64,000 nucleotides of DNA from Eledone cirrhosa (Eukaryota). The notes under the pieces are model-generated. The model had not been told where the DNA came from. It worked only from the letters and a program-made list of their open reading frames with translations, and made no database searches. Within the stretch, counting starts at the first letter, position 1; every line of letters begins with the position of its first letter. The translations under genes were made by a program, and so were the position numbers. Below, one piece after another: positions 1-11,245 of the stretch. Location: NCBI GenBank assembly GCA_964016885.1, contig OZ024752.1:12338001-12402000 (forward strand), written 5' to 3'.

Positions 1-1470
1 GACGGAATCAGAGTTTTGTCCTCTTTTCTACTCATCAACACTTTTTTCTTAGCTAGGTTCACTCTCAGTTCTCTTGCTTCCAACTGCTGTTTCCATAGCC
101 AGAATTTATTCTCTAGCTCCTCTACTGATTCTGCTATAAGAGCCAGATCATCAGCATAGAAAAGTTCCCATGGACAGCCAGTCTTAAACTCCTCTGTTAT
201 AGCTTGGAGGACTATAATGAACAAGAGAGGATTGAGGACCGAACACTGATGTACTCCTACTTGTATCTGGAATTCCTCACTAAACTCCATTCCTACCCTG
301 ACTTTACTGACAGCACCTCTGTACAAAGTTTGCACTGTCCTCACAAGCCATTCCTCAACACCTAGTTTCCTTAGGGACCACCAGATGACAGATCGGGGTA
401 CCCTATCAAAGGACTTCTCCAGTTCAACAAAGGCTAAGTATAGTGGCTTATTCTTCTCTAAGAACCTCTCTTGTAATTGTCTCACCAAGAAGAGAGCCTC
501 TGTTGTACTTTTCCCAGGCACAAAACCAAACTGCATCTCATCTAGTTTGACGCTTTCTCTAATTAGTTGTGCTAATATCCTTTCTGCCACTTTCATAACC
601 TGATCTATCAGTTTTATACCTCTATAATTGCTCCTCTCCAGAGCATCCCTTTTACCTTTGTAGCAATTTATGAGAATACTGCTGCACCAGTCTTTGGGTA
701 TGACACCACCATATATAGCCTGATTGATGATGCGTGCAATCAGTTTAGTGCCTACGTCCCCTGATGCCTTCAGCATCTCAGCAACTATCCCCGATGGTCC
801 AGCAGCCTTACCATTCTTCATTTCCTTAATCGCCTCTTGGACCCAATATTCGTCAATCTCAATAGCTGGTCTCTCTGTCGGATCTACTGAGGGTAATTTC
901 TCTCTCTCCCATTCGTTCTCCACATTCATCAGTCTCTCATAATGACATTTCCAGGCCTCCTTTTTCTGATCATTCGTGACACTAAGTACACCGGCATCAT
1001 TCCGGACACATTTATCTCCAACAACATCCTGATTTGCATTGACACACTGCCTTGCAATGTGGAACACCGCACACCCCTGATCTTCCCGTCGCAGAACATT
1101 GGCAAACCTCCTACTCTCAGCCTCCCTGCATGCTAAGTACACCTGACGTCTAACTTCTCTCTTAGCGGCTGTATATCCTTCTCTACTCCCACCCTTTTTC
1201 CAAGCCTTCCATGCTAGTCTTTTGTCTCTAATGGCCTTATCTACTGTGCTGTTCCACCACCAGGTCACTCTCTGTCTGGTTGGAGCTCTGCTCCAGCCAC
1301 AAGTTTCATCAGTAGCCTGCAGTAAGTTGTCACGTAAGAAATTCCAGTTATTATCTATGTCATACGTCTCTAAATCGTCTTCTTTTTCGTCATACACATC
1401 TTGAAGGGCTTTCCTAAATTTGAATTTTAGTGAAAGGTCTTTTAGCTTCCAGACCTTTCTTTTCCACACC
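1..1470 (-). mobile_element. RTE-clade LINE, 5'-truncated, reverse transcriptase region (runs off window start)
   Basis: Minus-strand frame reads NYRGIKLIDQVMK, QFGFVPGKST, FVELEKSFDRVPR, GVHQCSVLNPLLF and WELFYADDLALIAES. Confidence 0.93.
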
Positions 1471-1747
1471 TTCCTGTATGTCTCATTATATATATATATA
1501 TGTCTCATTATATATATATATAAATGGGTCAGCTGAAAGTTTGTAGGCTGACCAAGATACTCTCATGGAATGACCATATGAGGTTTATTTTTCAAAATAA
1601 TCCCTGTAAAAAAAACAATGCAATTAATAATAAGAAGAGTTGCAATTAATGCATGTAAGATTTCCCAGCTCTAGCATCATTCATTCATAGTCAGCCTATG
1701 AACTTTTCAATTGATCCTCATATATATATGTATTTATATATATATAT

Positions 1748-2530
1748 CATCATCATCATCATCTTCGTGGAACGTCCATTTTCCATCCTAGCATGGGTTA
1801 GACAGGTTCCCATTTGGGGCAAGTTGTGTCAGGTGACCATGTCTTGCTTACATAGAACTGTTTCTGTCTTGGTTTCTACAGCTGGATGCCCTTCCTAACG
1901 TCAACCACTTTTACAGTGAGTACTGGGTGCTTTTTGTCATGACACCTACATGACATCTTTACAGTGGGCTTGGTGCTTTTGTCATAACACCTACATGACC
2001 ACTTTACAGTGTGGACTGGGTGCTTTTTGTTGTGTCACCTACATGACCACTTTACAGTGTGCACTGGGTGCTTTTTGTCATGACACCTACATGACATCTT
2101 TACAGTGGGCTTGGTGCTTTTGTCATAACACCTACATGACCACTTTACAGTGTGGACTGGGTGCTTTTTGTTGTGTCACCTACATGACCACTTTACAGTG
2201 TGCACTGGGTGCTTTTTGTTGTGACACCTACATCACCACTTTAGAATGTGGACTGGGTGCTTTTTGTTGTGTCACCTACATGACCACTTTACAATGTGCA
2301 CTGGGTGCTTTTTGTTGTGTCACCTACATGACCACTTTACAATGTGGACTGGGTGCTTTTTGTTGTGACACCAGCACAACCACCTTACAATGAGTACTGG
2401 GTGCTTTTTGTCATGGCACCTACATGACCACTTTACAGAGTGGCCTGGTGCTTCACTAGATGTATGCTACAGCCTGTCATTCTGAGAGATGTATGGGAGG
2501 GTGGGGTGAGGGTGGGGCATACAATATATA
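1748..2530 (-). mobile_element. Non-autonomous RTE-tail element with internal 48-bp tandem repeat (~11 units at ~1905-2450)
   Basis: (CAT)n tail, ggatgcccttcctaac motif and ctgggtgctttttgttgtgacacctacatgaccactttacagtg units shared with many copies in the window. Confidence 0.75.
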
Positions 2531-2534
2531 TGTA

Positions 2535-2990
2535 TACTTCAGGTTCAGCCTTTGCCCATGGGAAGGCAAGTGTTCTGCATTACTGCATAATGCCAGAGAT
2601 CCCCGTCTTGTGTCATCGTCTTTGAGAGGTGCAATTGAGCAAGGTCAGTTTTTATCACCTCATCCCAAGTTTTTCTTGATATGCCCCATCCACAGTTTCC
2701 ATTGACTTTGAGCGCTCTGCACCTTTTTATACAGCTGTCATGCTTCATACGCATTACAAGTCCATACCAAGGCAGTCTCCTCTCTTGCACACTGCATCCA
2801 ATTCCTCTTAAGCCTAGTTTCTCTCTCAGTTCATTTATACTTTGCCTTTCCTGTAAATTACTATAACACATCCAACGGAGCATACAAGCTTCATTTCTTT
2901 CCAATCTATGCAAGTCTTCTGCACACAGCACCCAGGTTTCACTACCATGCAACATTGGTGTTCGTATGCACACATCATACAGTCCATTTT
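2535..2990 (-). mobile_element. RTE LINE 3' fragment
   Basis: MLHGSETW..MLRWM..RRLPWYGLVMRM..RKTWDEVIKTDL is typical of the RTE ORF C-terminus. Confidence 0.88.
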
Positions 2991-3030
2991 AAACACTCTT
3001 TGATTGTCATTTACATCATATATATATATA

Positions 3031-3560
3031 TATTGTTATACTTGGGGAGGGTCATATTGTTGTAATAACATTGCCAGAAATAATAACAGAACACACTCAC
3101 TGTTTGGTTGGTTTTTGCTTCTGTATCTTTTATATCTCCACAGTTAATTTATTCGGTCCTCAATGTTTACCATTGACTGACCAACGGTCAAAAATACAGA
3201 TATAATATAGATGAAAAATTGCATAGATATACAATACCACAGGAGGAATATAATAGTACCATTGATCATATTGCAGATGTGCGACAAAAGAACTTTGTTA
3301 GTCTATATATATGTGTTTATATCTATATTATATCTGTATTTTTGACCGTTGGTCAGTCAATGGTAAACATTGAGGACTGAATGAATTAACTGTGGAGATT
3401 TAAAAGATACAGAAGCGAAAACCAACCAAACAGTGAGTGTGTTCTGTTATTATTTCTGGCAATATTATTACAACAATATGACCCTCCCCAAGTATAACAA
3501 TATTGGTTTTGACAAACGATTTCATATCAAAAACATTGCAAAACAAATTCCTCGCCGTTA
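3031..3560. mobile_element. Foldback Penelope-like remnant: ~180-bp inverted arms (3031-3212 / 3321-3502) between (TA)n tracts
   Basis: Near-perfect reverse-complement arms. The terminus atgaccctcccaagtataacaatat is shared with 13510-13830 and ~46700-46900. A degenerate hammerhead-like motif lies in the spacer. Confidence 0.7.
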
Positions 3561-3572
3561 TATATATATAAC

Positions 3573-3757
3573 GGGGTGAATTGGCAGTATCGGTAGAGGG
3601 TTGGACGCCATGCTTTCTAGCATAGTTACGTCCCTTTATAGTCTGAGTTCAAATCCCGCCGAGGTTAACTTTGCCTTTCATCCTTACGGGGGTCGCTAAA
3701 ATAAAGTACCAGTAATGTAATGGCTATTTGCTGGCCTTGTGCCTAAAGTAGAAACAG

Positions 3758-3760
<3 letters not shown>
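3573..3760 (+). mobile_element. tRNA-derived SINE family A (~190 bp)
   Basis: A box tggcagtatcgg, B box gagttcaaatcc and 3' end agtagaaacaattat. More than 20 copies in the window. Confidence 0.9.
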
Positions 3761-3811
<51 letters not shown>

Positions 3812-4016
3812 AAAAAATAAATAAAAATTTTCACTGTACATGGCTGAATACAATAAATGTAATCTGAGTTTTTCGAATATTAATAATAACATTCGATTCG
3901 TTTTCAGTTATGCAAACAAGCCTACTTTTAAAGCCATGTCAGTAGAATGAACACTTCATTCTTGCTCTTATGTTGGCATGCGAACAGAACTGTTTACATG
4001 CCAACACAATATGACA

Positions 4017-4206
4017 GGGCGGTGAATTGGCAGTATCGGTAGAGGGTTGGACGCCATGCTTTCTAGCATAGTTACGTCCCTTTACAGTCTGAGTTCAAAT
4101 CCCTTCGAGGTTAACTTTGCCTTTCATCCTTACGGGGTCGATAAAATAAAGTACCAGTAATGTACTGTGTAATTGCTGGCCTTGTGCCAAATGTAGAAAC
4201 AATTAT
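4017..4206 (+). mobile_element. SINE family A copy inserted in a palindromic element (3828-4230)
   Basis: Near-identical to the copies at 3573, 31696 and 60511. Confidence 0.9.
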
Positions 4207-4451
4207 TAATATTCGAAAAACTCAGATTACATATATATACATATATATATGATGATATATGTGTATATATATATATATATATGATGATATATGTGTATAT
4301 ATATGTACAAAATATTACAACAATCAAATCTTAGTTTAATGCATTTAATTGCTGACAATAGTTTCTTCCATAGGTAACTGGCTAGTACTTAGTACTACCT
4401 TCCATATTTATAATTGTATATAAAACATATAAGTATAAATATTATTATTAT

Positions 4452-4640
<189 letters not shown>

Positions 4641-4661
4641 TGTGTGGGTGTGCATGTGTGA

Positions 4662-5062
4662 AGGTACATGGTTTAGTGGTTAGTTCATTTGGCTTGCAAT
4701 CGAAAGGTTGTGAGTTCAATTCTTGGACCGGGTGTTGTGTTGTTTCCTTGAGCAAGACACTTTATTTCACATTGCTCCAGTATACTCAGCTGAAAATGAA
4801 TACCAGCAATAGCTGGAGGTTTAACGCTGTGATGGACTGGCGTCCTGTCCAGGGGAGAGTCTTGTTCTCTCAGTTGCTTCATGCCATGAAACCGGGATAA
4901 GCACCGGCCAAATGAGTCTTCTGACTTAAGATAGTCTTTAGACTTACAGCCTGCCCGCCCAGCCAGTGGGATGGCGTCATCGTATGGCTAAAACAGTACG
5001 TGCTGTGACCAGCGGCGCCGAATGGCACCTGACAGACTGGTCGGTCAAGGTGATCAAGGTGA
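4662..5062 (+). mobile_element. tRNA-derived SINE family B with central tccttgagcaagacacttt domain
   Basis: A box tggtttagtgg, B box gagttcaattc. Related copies at ~8005-8097(-), 9413-9838(-), 14343-14460(+), 36851-37540(+) and 59700-59825(-). Confidence 0.85.
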
Positions 5063-5161
5063 TATATATATATATATAAAATTGAAAAAGTGGAGAATAA
5101 CATGGTCAACAGTATTCACAACCTCTAACTGGATTACCTATAACGATATTTTGTTATCCTT

Positions 5162-5193
<32 letters not shown>

Positions 5194-5207
5194 TTATATA
5201 TATATAT

Positions 5208-5285
<78 letters not shown>

Positions 5286-5302
5286 TTATATATATATATA
5301 TA

Positions 5303-5338
<36 letters not shown>

Positions 5339-5426
5339 GCAAAAGGCAAACTGAAATAACAAAGCAAATGACACAGTACAATGAAGAAATATATTGTCAG
5401 TTTTATGCTTGATATGGTAGGAGAAG

Positions 5427-5465
5427 GGTTTTAACATTTCGGATGCTAGTCCTTCATCAGAAAAC
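5427..5465 (-). ncRNA. Minimal type I hammerhead-like motif (partly decayed)
   Basis: gtttt CTGATGA a gga-ctagca-tcc GAAA tgtt aaaac, with stem I gtttt/aaaac. Apparent CpG decay of GAAACGTT. Confidence 0.5.
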
Positions 5466-5849
5466 AGAATGAGAAATTTAAGAAGAAATATTAAGTTTGA
5501 GGAGATATGCAGTGTTGGAAACGAAAAAAATGTTTTTAGAGAAAAATAACAGGTTCATTTATATCGCCATCTCTAAAATCATCATCATCACTGTTTTAAT
5601 GTCCCCTTTTCCACACTAGCATGGGTTAGACGTGTTATCCTGTTGTGAGCAATGCCAGGTCAGGTGATTCTGTGTTGCTCATACAGAACTGATTTTGGCT
5701 TGGTTTCTACAACTGAATGCCCTTCTTAATGTTAACCTCATTTACAGTGAGTACTGGGTGCCTTTTGTTGGGACACCTACACAACCTCTTTACAGCTAGA
5801 GGCTTCACTGGGGTGGGGTGGGGTGGTGCATAGTATATATATATGCTTC

Positions 5850-6590
5850 AGCTTCGGCCTGTGCTCATCAGAAGTCTGGTCTTTTGTATTACTGTGTAGT
5901 GCCAGAGACATTGGTCCTGTGTCATCACCTTTGAGAGGTGCAATTGGGTAAGGCAGCTTTTATCACCTCATCCATCGAATTTGAGTGCTCAGCACCTTTT
6001 TATACAGCTGCTATCCTTCATACGCATCACATGTCCAAACCAATGCAATCCCCTCTCCTGCACACAGCAGTTTGTTTGTTTTGCCTTTCATGTATATTAC
6101 TATTACACATCCATCAGAGCATGCAAGCTTCATTTCTAACCAATCTATGCAAGTCTTCTGCGCACAGCACCCAGGTTTCACTACCATGCAGCATTGCTGT
6201 TCGTATGCACGCATCATACAGTCTGCCTTGTATTTTGAGGGGAAAACCTTTTGAAGCTAGCAGTGGTAGTGGCTCCCTGAACTTTTTCCATCCCGTTCTT
6301 ACTCTGGCTACTGTACCTTCAGAACAACCACTCTTGCTGTTAATTTGGTCACCCAGGTAGCAGAAGCTGTTTACTGTTTCTACAGAGCCCTCCCAGAGAT
6401 TGGTAGTGCTTGTTTTCTTTCATTGTTTGCTGCTTACTCTCTTGGTGCAACTGCTACATGTAAAGCCTACATTCTTAGCCAAACTTCCTGAGATTCCACT
6501 ACATCTTTCATTTGGAGTAGAAGATGGAATTGCTACCTACACCTTTCCTTCATACTGAGCAAGGCCATTTCCCTGAGGGGATCAGGATTC
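5850..6590 (-). mobile_element. Degraded RTE LINE fragment
   Basis: Homologous to 2535-2990 and extends upstream into the YLG region (cagaagctgtttactgtttctac). Confidence 0.8.
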
Positions 6591-6598
6591 TGTTTTCT

Positions 6599-6624
<26 letters not shown>

Positions 6625-6629
<5 letters not shown>

Positions 6630-6813
6630 GTTTCTACTTTAGGCACAAGGCCAGCAATTACCCAGTGCATTACTGGTACTTTATTTTATCGACCCCGTAA
6701 GGATGAAAGGCAAAGTCAACCTCGGCGGGATTTGAACTCAGATCGTAAAGGGACGTAACTATGCTGGAAAGCATGACGTCCGACCCTCTACCGATACTGC
6801 TAATCCACCGCCT
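6625..6813 (-). mobile_element. SINE family A copy in (TA)n
   Basis: Reverse complement of the 3573-3760 consensus. Confidence 0.9.
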
Positions 6814-7435
6814 TTATATATATATATATATAATATATATATATATATAGTAATAATAATAAATGTGAAGACTAAAATCTGAAGAGGCTTGATAAGGATA
6901 ATATATATATAAACAGGATAATATATATATATAAATATATATAAAAATATATAAAACCATAGATCCCGTCAAGGGTGAAAGCAGTGATTTTTGCTTAAAC
7001 TTTAATATGTTATTTTAATAAATATCTATATATATACACAAGGAGAAGGTTGTATAACTGTAGTAAATAACCCATGACCTTGAAACAAATTGAAACTCAA
7101 TTTTGTGATGTCTAAATTCATAAGTAAGGTTTGCCCTACATTCAAACATTCAATATGGTCTGATCAACAAACTCAGACAGTTAATTGACATCTGTTACAT
7201 AACGATAGAAAATAAATGAAACAGAAAACCTGGAGCCATTTTCTGTTTTCACAGATATTATTTCAGATAACATTGTCAGGGTAGCCAGATGTCAACAGAT
7301 GTTATTTACAAACATATTGTTATCGATCTTCTCTGGAAAAGAGAAATACATAGCTTGAAATGTAGTTGCCCCAGCTATTATTTTAGTTATTTGCATTGGA
7401 AGGACTACATTTCAAATTTCCCCAACAATTCTTAA

Positions 7436-7810
7436 CCCTTTAGCATTCAAACCTGCTGTATAAGGCCAGAATTGTCTCACCTCTTTCTGTTCTAACCAGC
7501 CACTCATACTTATGTTAAGGCATTGTTCTCAAAATAAATAATTGTTTCTACTTTTGGCACAAGGCCAGCAATTATCCCAGTGCATTACTGGTACTTTATT
7601 TTATCGACCCCGTAAGGATGAAAGGCAAAGTTAACATCGGCAGGATTCGAACATATAGGGCCGTAACTCTTTGCTGCAAAGCACGGCGTCAGACCCTCTA
7701 CCGAGACTGCCAAAATCTCGTAGATTCAATATTATGTGAGATAATTATGCGAGGTAAAGCCTTTACCATGAAAATACAATAGTATATATAGAGTAATATG
7801 AATGCTAAAG
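7436..7810 (-). mobile_element. TTAA-flanked piggyBac-type MITE (TIR ccctttagcatt) carrying a SINE A insertion (7539-7712)
   Basis: ttaa|ccctttagcatt...aatgctaaag|ttaa. Family copies at 11558-11768, 15952-17706, 25307-27250, 40408-40831, 41840-42034, 43056-43601, 55271-55480, 58136-58399, 60398-60787 and 61831-62035. Confidence 0.85.
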
Positions 7811-8169
7811 TTAACCCGGTGTATGTAATCCAAGAACATTCCCCACCAGTTCCCTGCCTTTTATCACCCGCCCCAACTCCATTGCATGTGTTTTATTCCC
7901 ATGATATATTTTCTCACCCATTCTTTCTCCCATATCACTTCTTGAACTCCATGCCCATGTGGTACTCCCATAACTTGTCACTTTGACTACCTGAAGTATT
8001 TTGCTCCTAAACACAACACATAACCCAGCCCAGGAATCGAACCCCTGACATTATGATCATAAGTCCAACACTCTTACCACTAGGCCATGCACCTCCATGA
8101 TGATGGAAATGATTAAATTGTGAAATAAACTATTTACAATAAAACTGTATCAGTAAGATTAGACATTGA

Positions 8170-9040
8170 ACTAAATCTAGTAGGAAACTAATTTCATGCA
8201 CGAAAATTAACTTTTCATGAAATAAGCCAATAGAAAAACCTTCATTAACAATAATTCTGGGCTATAGGTAGCTTTTATCCTGAACAACATCAGTATTCTG
8301 CTAGTGTGTGTGTATATATCTCTCTATATATAAAACAGAGGATGTCTGTCAGTCTGTGTGTGTGTCTGTCTGTATAAATCCCTAAAACTCGAGAAGTACC
8401 TGACCGATTTTTTTCAATCTTTACACATTCGTTACTTATATTTCTTGAAGTACAATGCGCTAAAAAAAATTTAATTTTTTCTGCCCTAGGGTCTGCATTA
8501 GACGAAAAAACGCATTTTAAAGGCATTTTAAATTAGATTATAAAGATAATCGAGCCGATTTCCTCGAAATTTGCAGCACACATTAGTTAGTCCCCTCGCA
8601 TTGCTGTGGACAAAAAAAATTTCCGATTCCATTAATGGTTTCTAGGAAATTTACGAATTAACATTGGGGATTACATGCCATTTTCATTTTCAATATAAAC
8701 GCTACTTAAACATCATAAGTAGCAAATAATATTTTGTTAAAAATTTGGTTTATTTAACAGAGGACACAACACTTATTTTTAAGCAGGACCATTTTCGGGG
8801 GATTGAGGAAATGAGGAGAACTTTAAGATTTTTGTCGGCGCTCTGTTGACGCTTCGTGTTTTCATCACGTGCAAATCCAGGCCCTGTGTATGTTGCTGTG
8901 TTATTGACACCGTAAAACTTACGTCTGTGCTACTTCTACTAAGACCCTTTTGTTGCACCTACACCGCAGTATCAACACTCTGCGCAAGTACGCCGAAGAG
9001 CAGTTGTGTTAATTCCGCGGTGACCCCTTTTGTCGTACCA
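8170..9040 (+). mobile_element. Helitron-like non-autonomous fragments
   Basis: A 3'-end-like tattctgCTAG|T at ~8301-8305 is followed by a 5'-end-like tctatatataaaacagaggatgtctgtc-(tg)n segment. Confidence 0.5.
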
Positions 9041-9049
9041 TATATATAT

Positions 9050-9412
9050 GACCTACTACAGTCAGTAGGCATCTCTAACAAAATACACCCCCGTCCCACC
9101 GCCCCCTTCTATGTAAAGTTATGTTGGTGCCACACCATCCAGGCCGAAACAAATGAGATCGTGTAGGTGTCACGACAAAAAAAACACACAGTCCACGCTG
9201 TAATGTAGCCGTGTAGGCAACACGGTAAAAACCTCCCAGACCCACACTGTAAATGTGGTTGGTGTTAGGAAGGGCATCCAACTGTAGAAAACCTGCCAGA
9301 CAGTCCTATGCGAGCAAGACAATCACTCTTGCCTCAAGTGGGAAAACCCCCGTCCAAACCCATGCAAGCGTGGAACACGGACATTAAACGTTGATGATGA
9401 TGATGATGATGA
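9050..9412 (+). mobile_element. Young non-autonomous RTE-tail element ending in (GAT)n
   Basis: Nearly identical in reverse complement to 51676-52050. Also at 45165-46530 and 62240-62515. Confidence 0.85.
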
Positions 9413-10142
9413 CGCCCTTCGGTCAAGAATGACCATGGGATTTGCACATGTAAAGTTCCCCTCCGAGGCACAAGTCTGGGTAAAGTTGTTTGTGGAAGAC
9501 CAGCAGTCACCCATGCATACCAGTTTGCCCTCTCCACGCCACTGGTGAGGTCCAAGGGAAAGGTAATGGCCAATACAGCTTGGCACCAGTGACATCACAG
9601 CTCATATATACACTATATATACACTATATATATACACTATATATGATGTTGTCCAAGGGAAAGGCAATGGCAGATACAGCTTGGCACCAGTGACGTCACA
9701 ACTCATTTCTACAGCTGAGTAAACTGGAGCAACGTGAAATAAAGTGTCTTGCTCAAGGACACAATGCATCACCCGGTCCGAGAATCGAACTCACAACCTT
9801 TCGATTGCAAGCCCGATGCTCTAACCACTAATCCATATGTGTGTGTGAGAGAGTGGGGGCGGAGAGGGTGTTAGGTACTATAAACATAAATCTGAGACCA
9901 ATAATTGATTACAGGATCACTAGTTCTGCTTGAGTTAGATATCTATTGCTTGGCAGGGGGCCATGTTACAGATTACACTATACAACACCTGCTGCCCCCC
10001 CCCCCCCCCCCCCACAAACTGTACTTAAACCTATGTTTCTACCTTTTAAGTATATATTGGGTAGTAACATAACTTCTTACCGTTTTCTTATTAAGGTTTA
10101 TAACAATGGCGGGAATTTATGTTACAACCCAATATATATATT

Positions 10143-10939
10143 CGAGGTGTGTCAGAAAAGTTCCAGGACTGATGTCACAAAAGATTTATTTCAAACCCAA
10201 ACTTCACACTAAGAGTTTTCTCCTTCAAAGTAATCCCCCTGGAGTATGTAACTGTAATCTTAGCTCTCTGCAGCGATCAAACCTTTTTTCTTTATAATTT
10301 TATATACGTCCTCTGTTTCAGGTCGTCAAGCAATGATCACAGAGCAACGAACAAACTTGAAGTTTCTGGTACGTTTGGGGAAAACTCTGCTGCAGCAAGT
10401 GTATGGAGATGAGACGATGTCACGCTCACGCGTTTTTGAGTGGTGCAAGATGACACCAGCAGCAGAAGGCCTTCAACAACCAGGACTGAGGTCAACATTG
10501 AGCGCGTCAGGCAGATTGTGCGTAGTGACCGTCGGCTGACTGCTCGACTGATGGCAAATGAGCTGGTCATGAATTGGGACAGCGTCTGGAAGATTTTCAC
10601 TGAAGATTTGCACATGCGGAAAGTCTGCGCGAAGATGGTGCCAAAACTGCTGAATGATGACCAGAAGGGTCAACCGGTGATGAGTCATGGATCTTCGAGT
10701 ACGACCAGGAGGGGACCTGTTTTGAAGACGTGGACGACATCAAAAAGGCCGTGACGACGGAACTGCGGAGGATCCCGGAAGAATCCTTCCAGGAGTGCAT
10801 GCAAGCGTGGCAGAAAAGGATGGAAAAGTGCATTAGACTCCAGGGGGATTACTTTGAAGGAGAAAACTCTTAGTGTGAAGTTTGGGTTTGAAATAAATCT
10901 TTTGTGACATCAGTCCTGGAACTTTTCTGACACACCTCA
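10143..10939 (+). mobile_element. Internally deleted mariner transposon with 103-bp terminal inverted repeats
   Basis: TIR arms 10143-10245 / 10837-10939 with a 3' TA. Frameshifted transposase pieces: EQRTNLKFLVRLGKT, SRSRVFEW, RKVCAKMVPKLL and GDYFEG. Confidence 0.93.
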
Positions 10940-10974
10940 TATGTATACACATACATACATTACATACATACTTT

Positions 10975-11245
10975 TCATCATGGCGCCTACACAACCACTT
11001 TACAGTGTGGACAGGATTGTTTTTGTGACACCGACACAACCACTTTACAGTGTGGATAGGGTGCTTTTTGTCGTGACACCTACACGACCACTTTACAGTG
11101 TGGACAGGGTGCTTTTTGTCGTGACACCTACACGACCACTTTACAGTGTGGACAGGGTGCTTTTTGTCGTGACACCTACACGACCACTTTACAGTGTGGA
11201 CAGGGTGCTTTTTGTCGCGACACCTACACGACCACTCTACAGTGG
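10975..11245. repeat. 48-bp minisatellite (~5-6 units)
   Basis: gacacctacacgaccactttacagtgtggacagggtgctttttgtcgt units. Confidence 0.9.
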
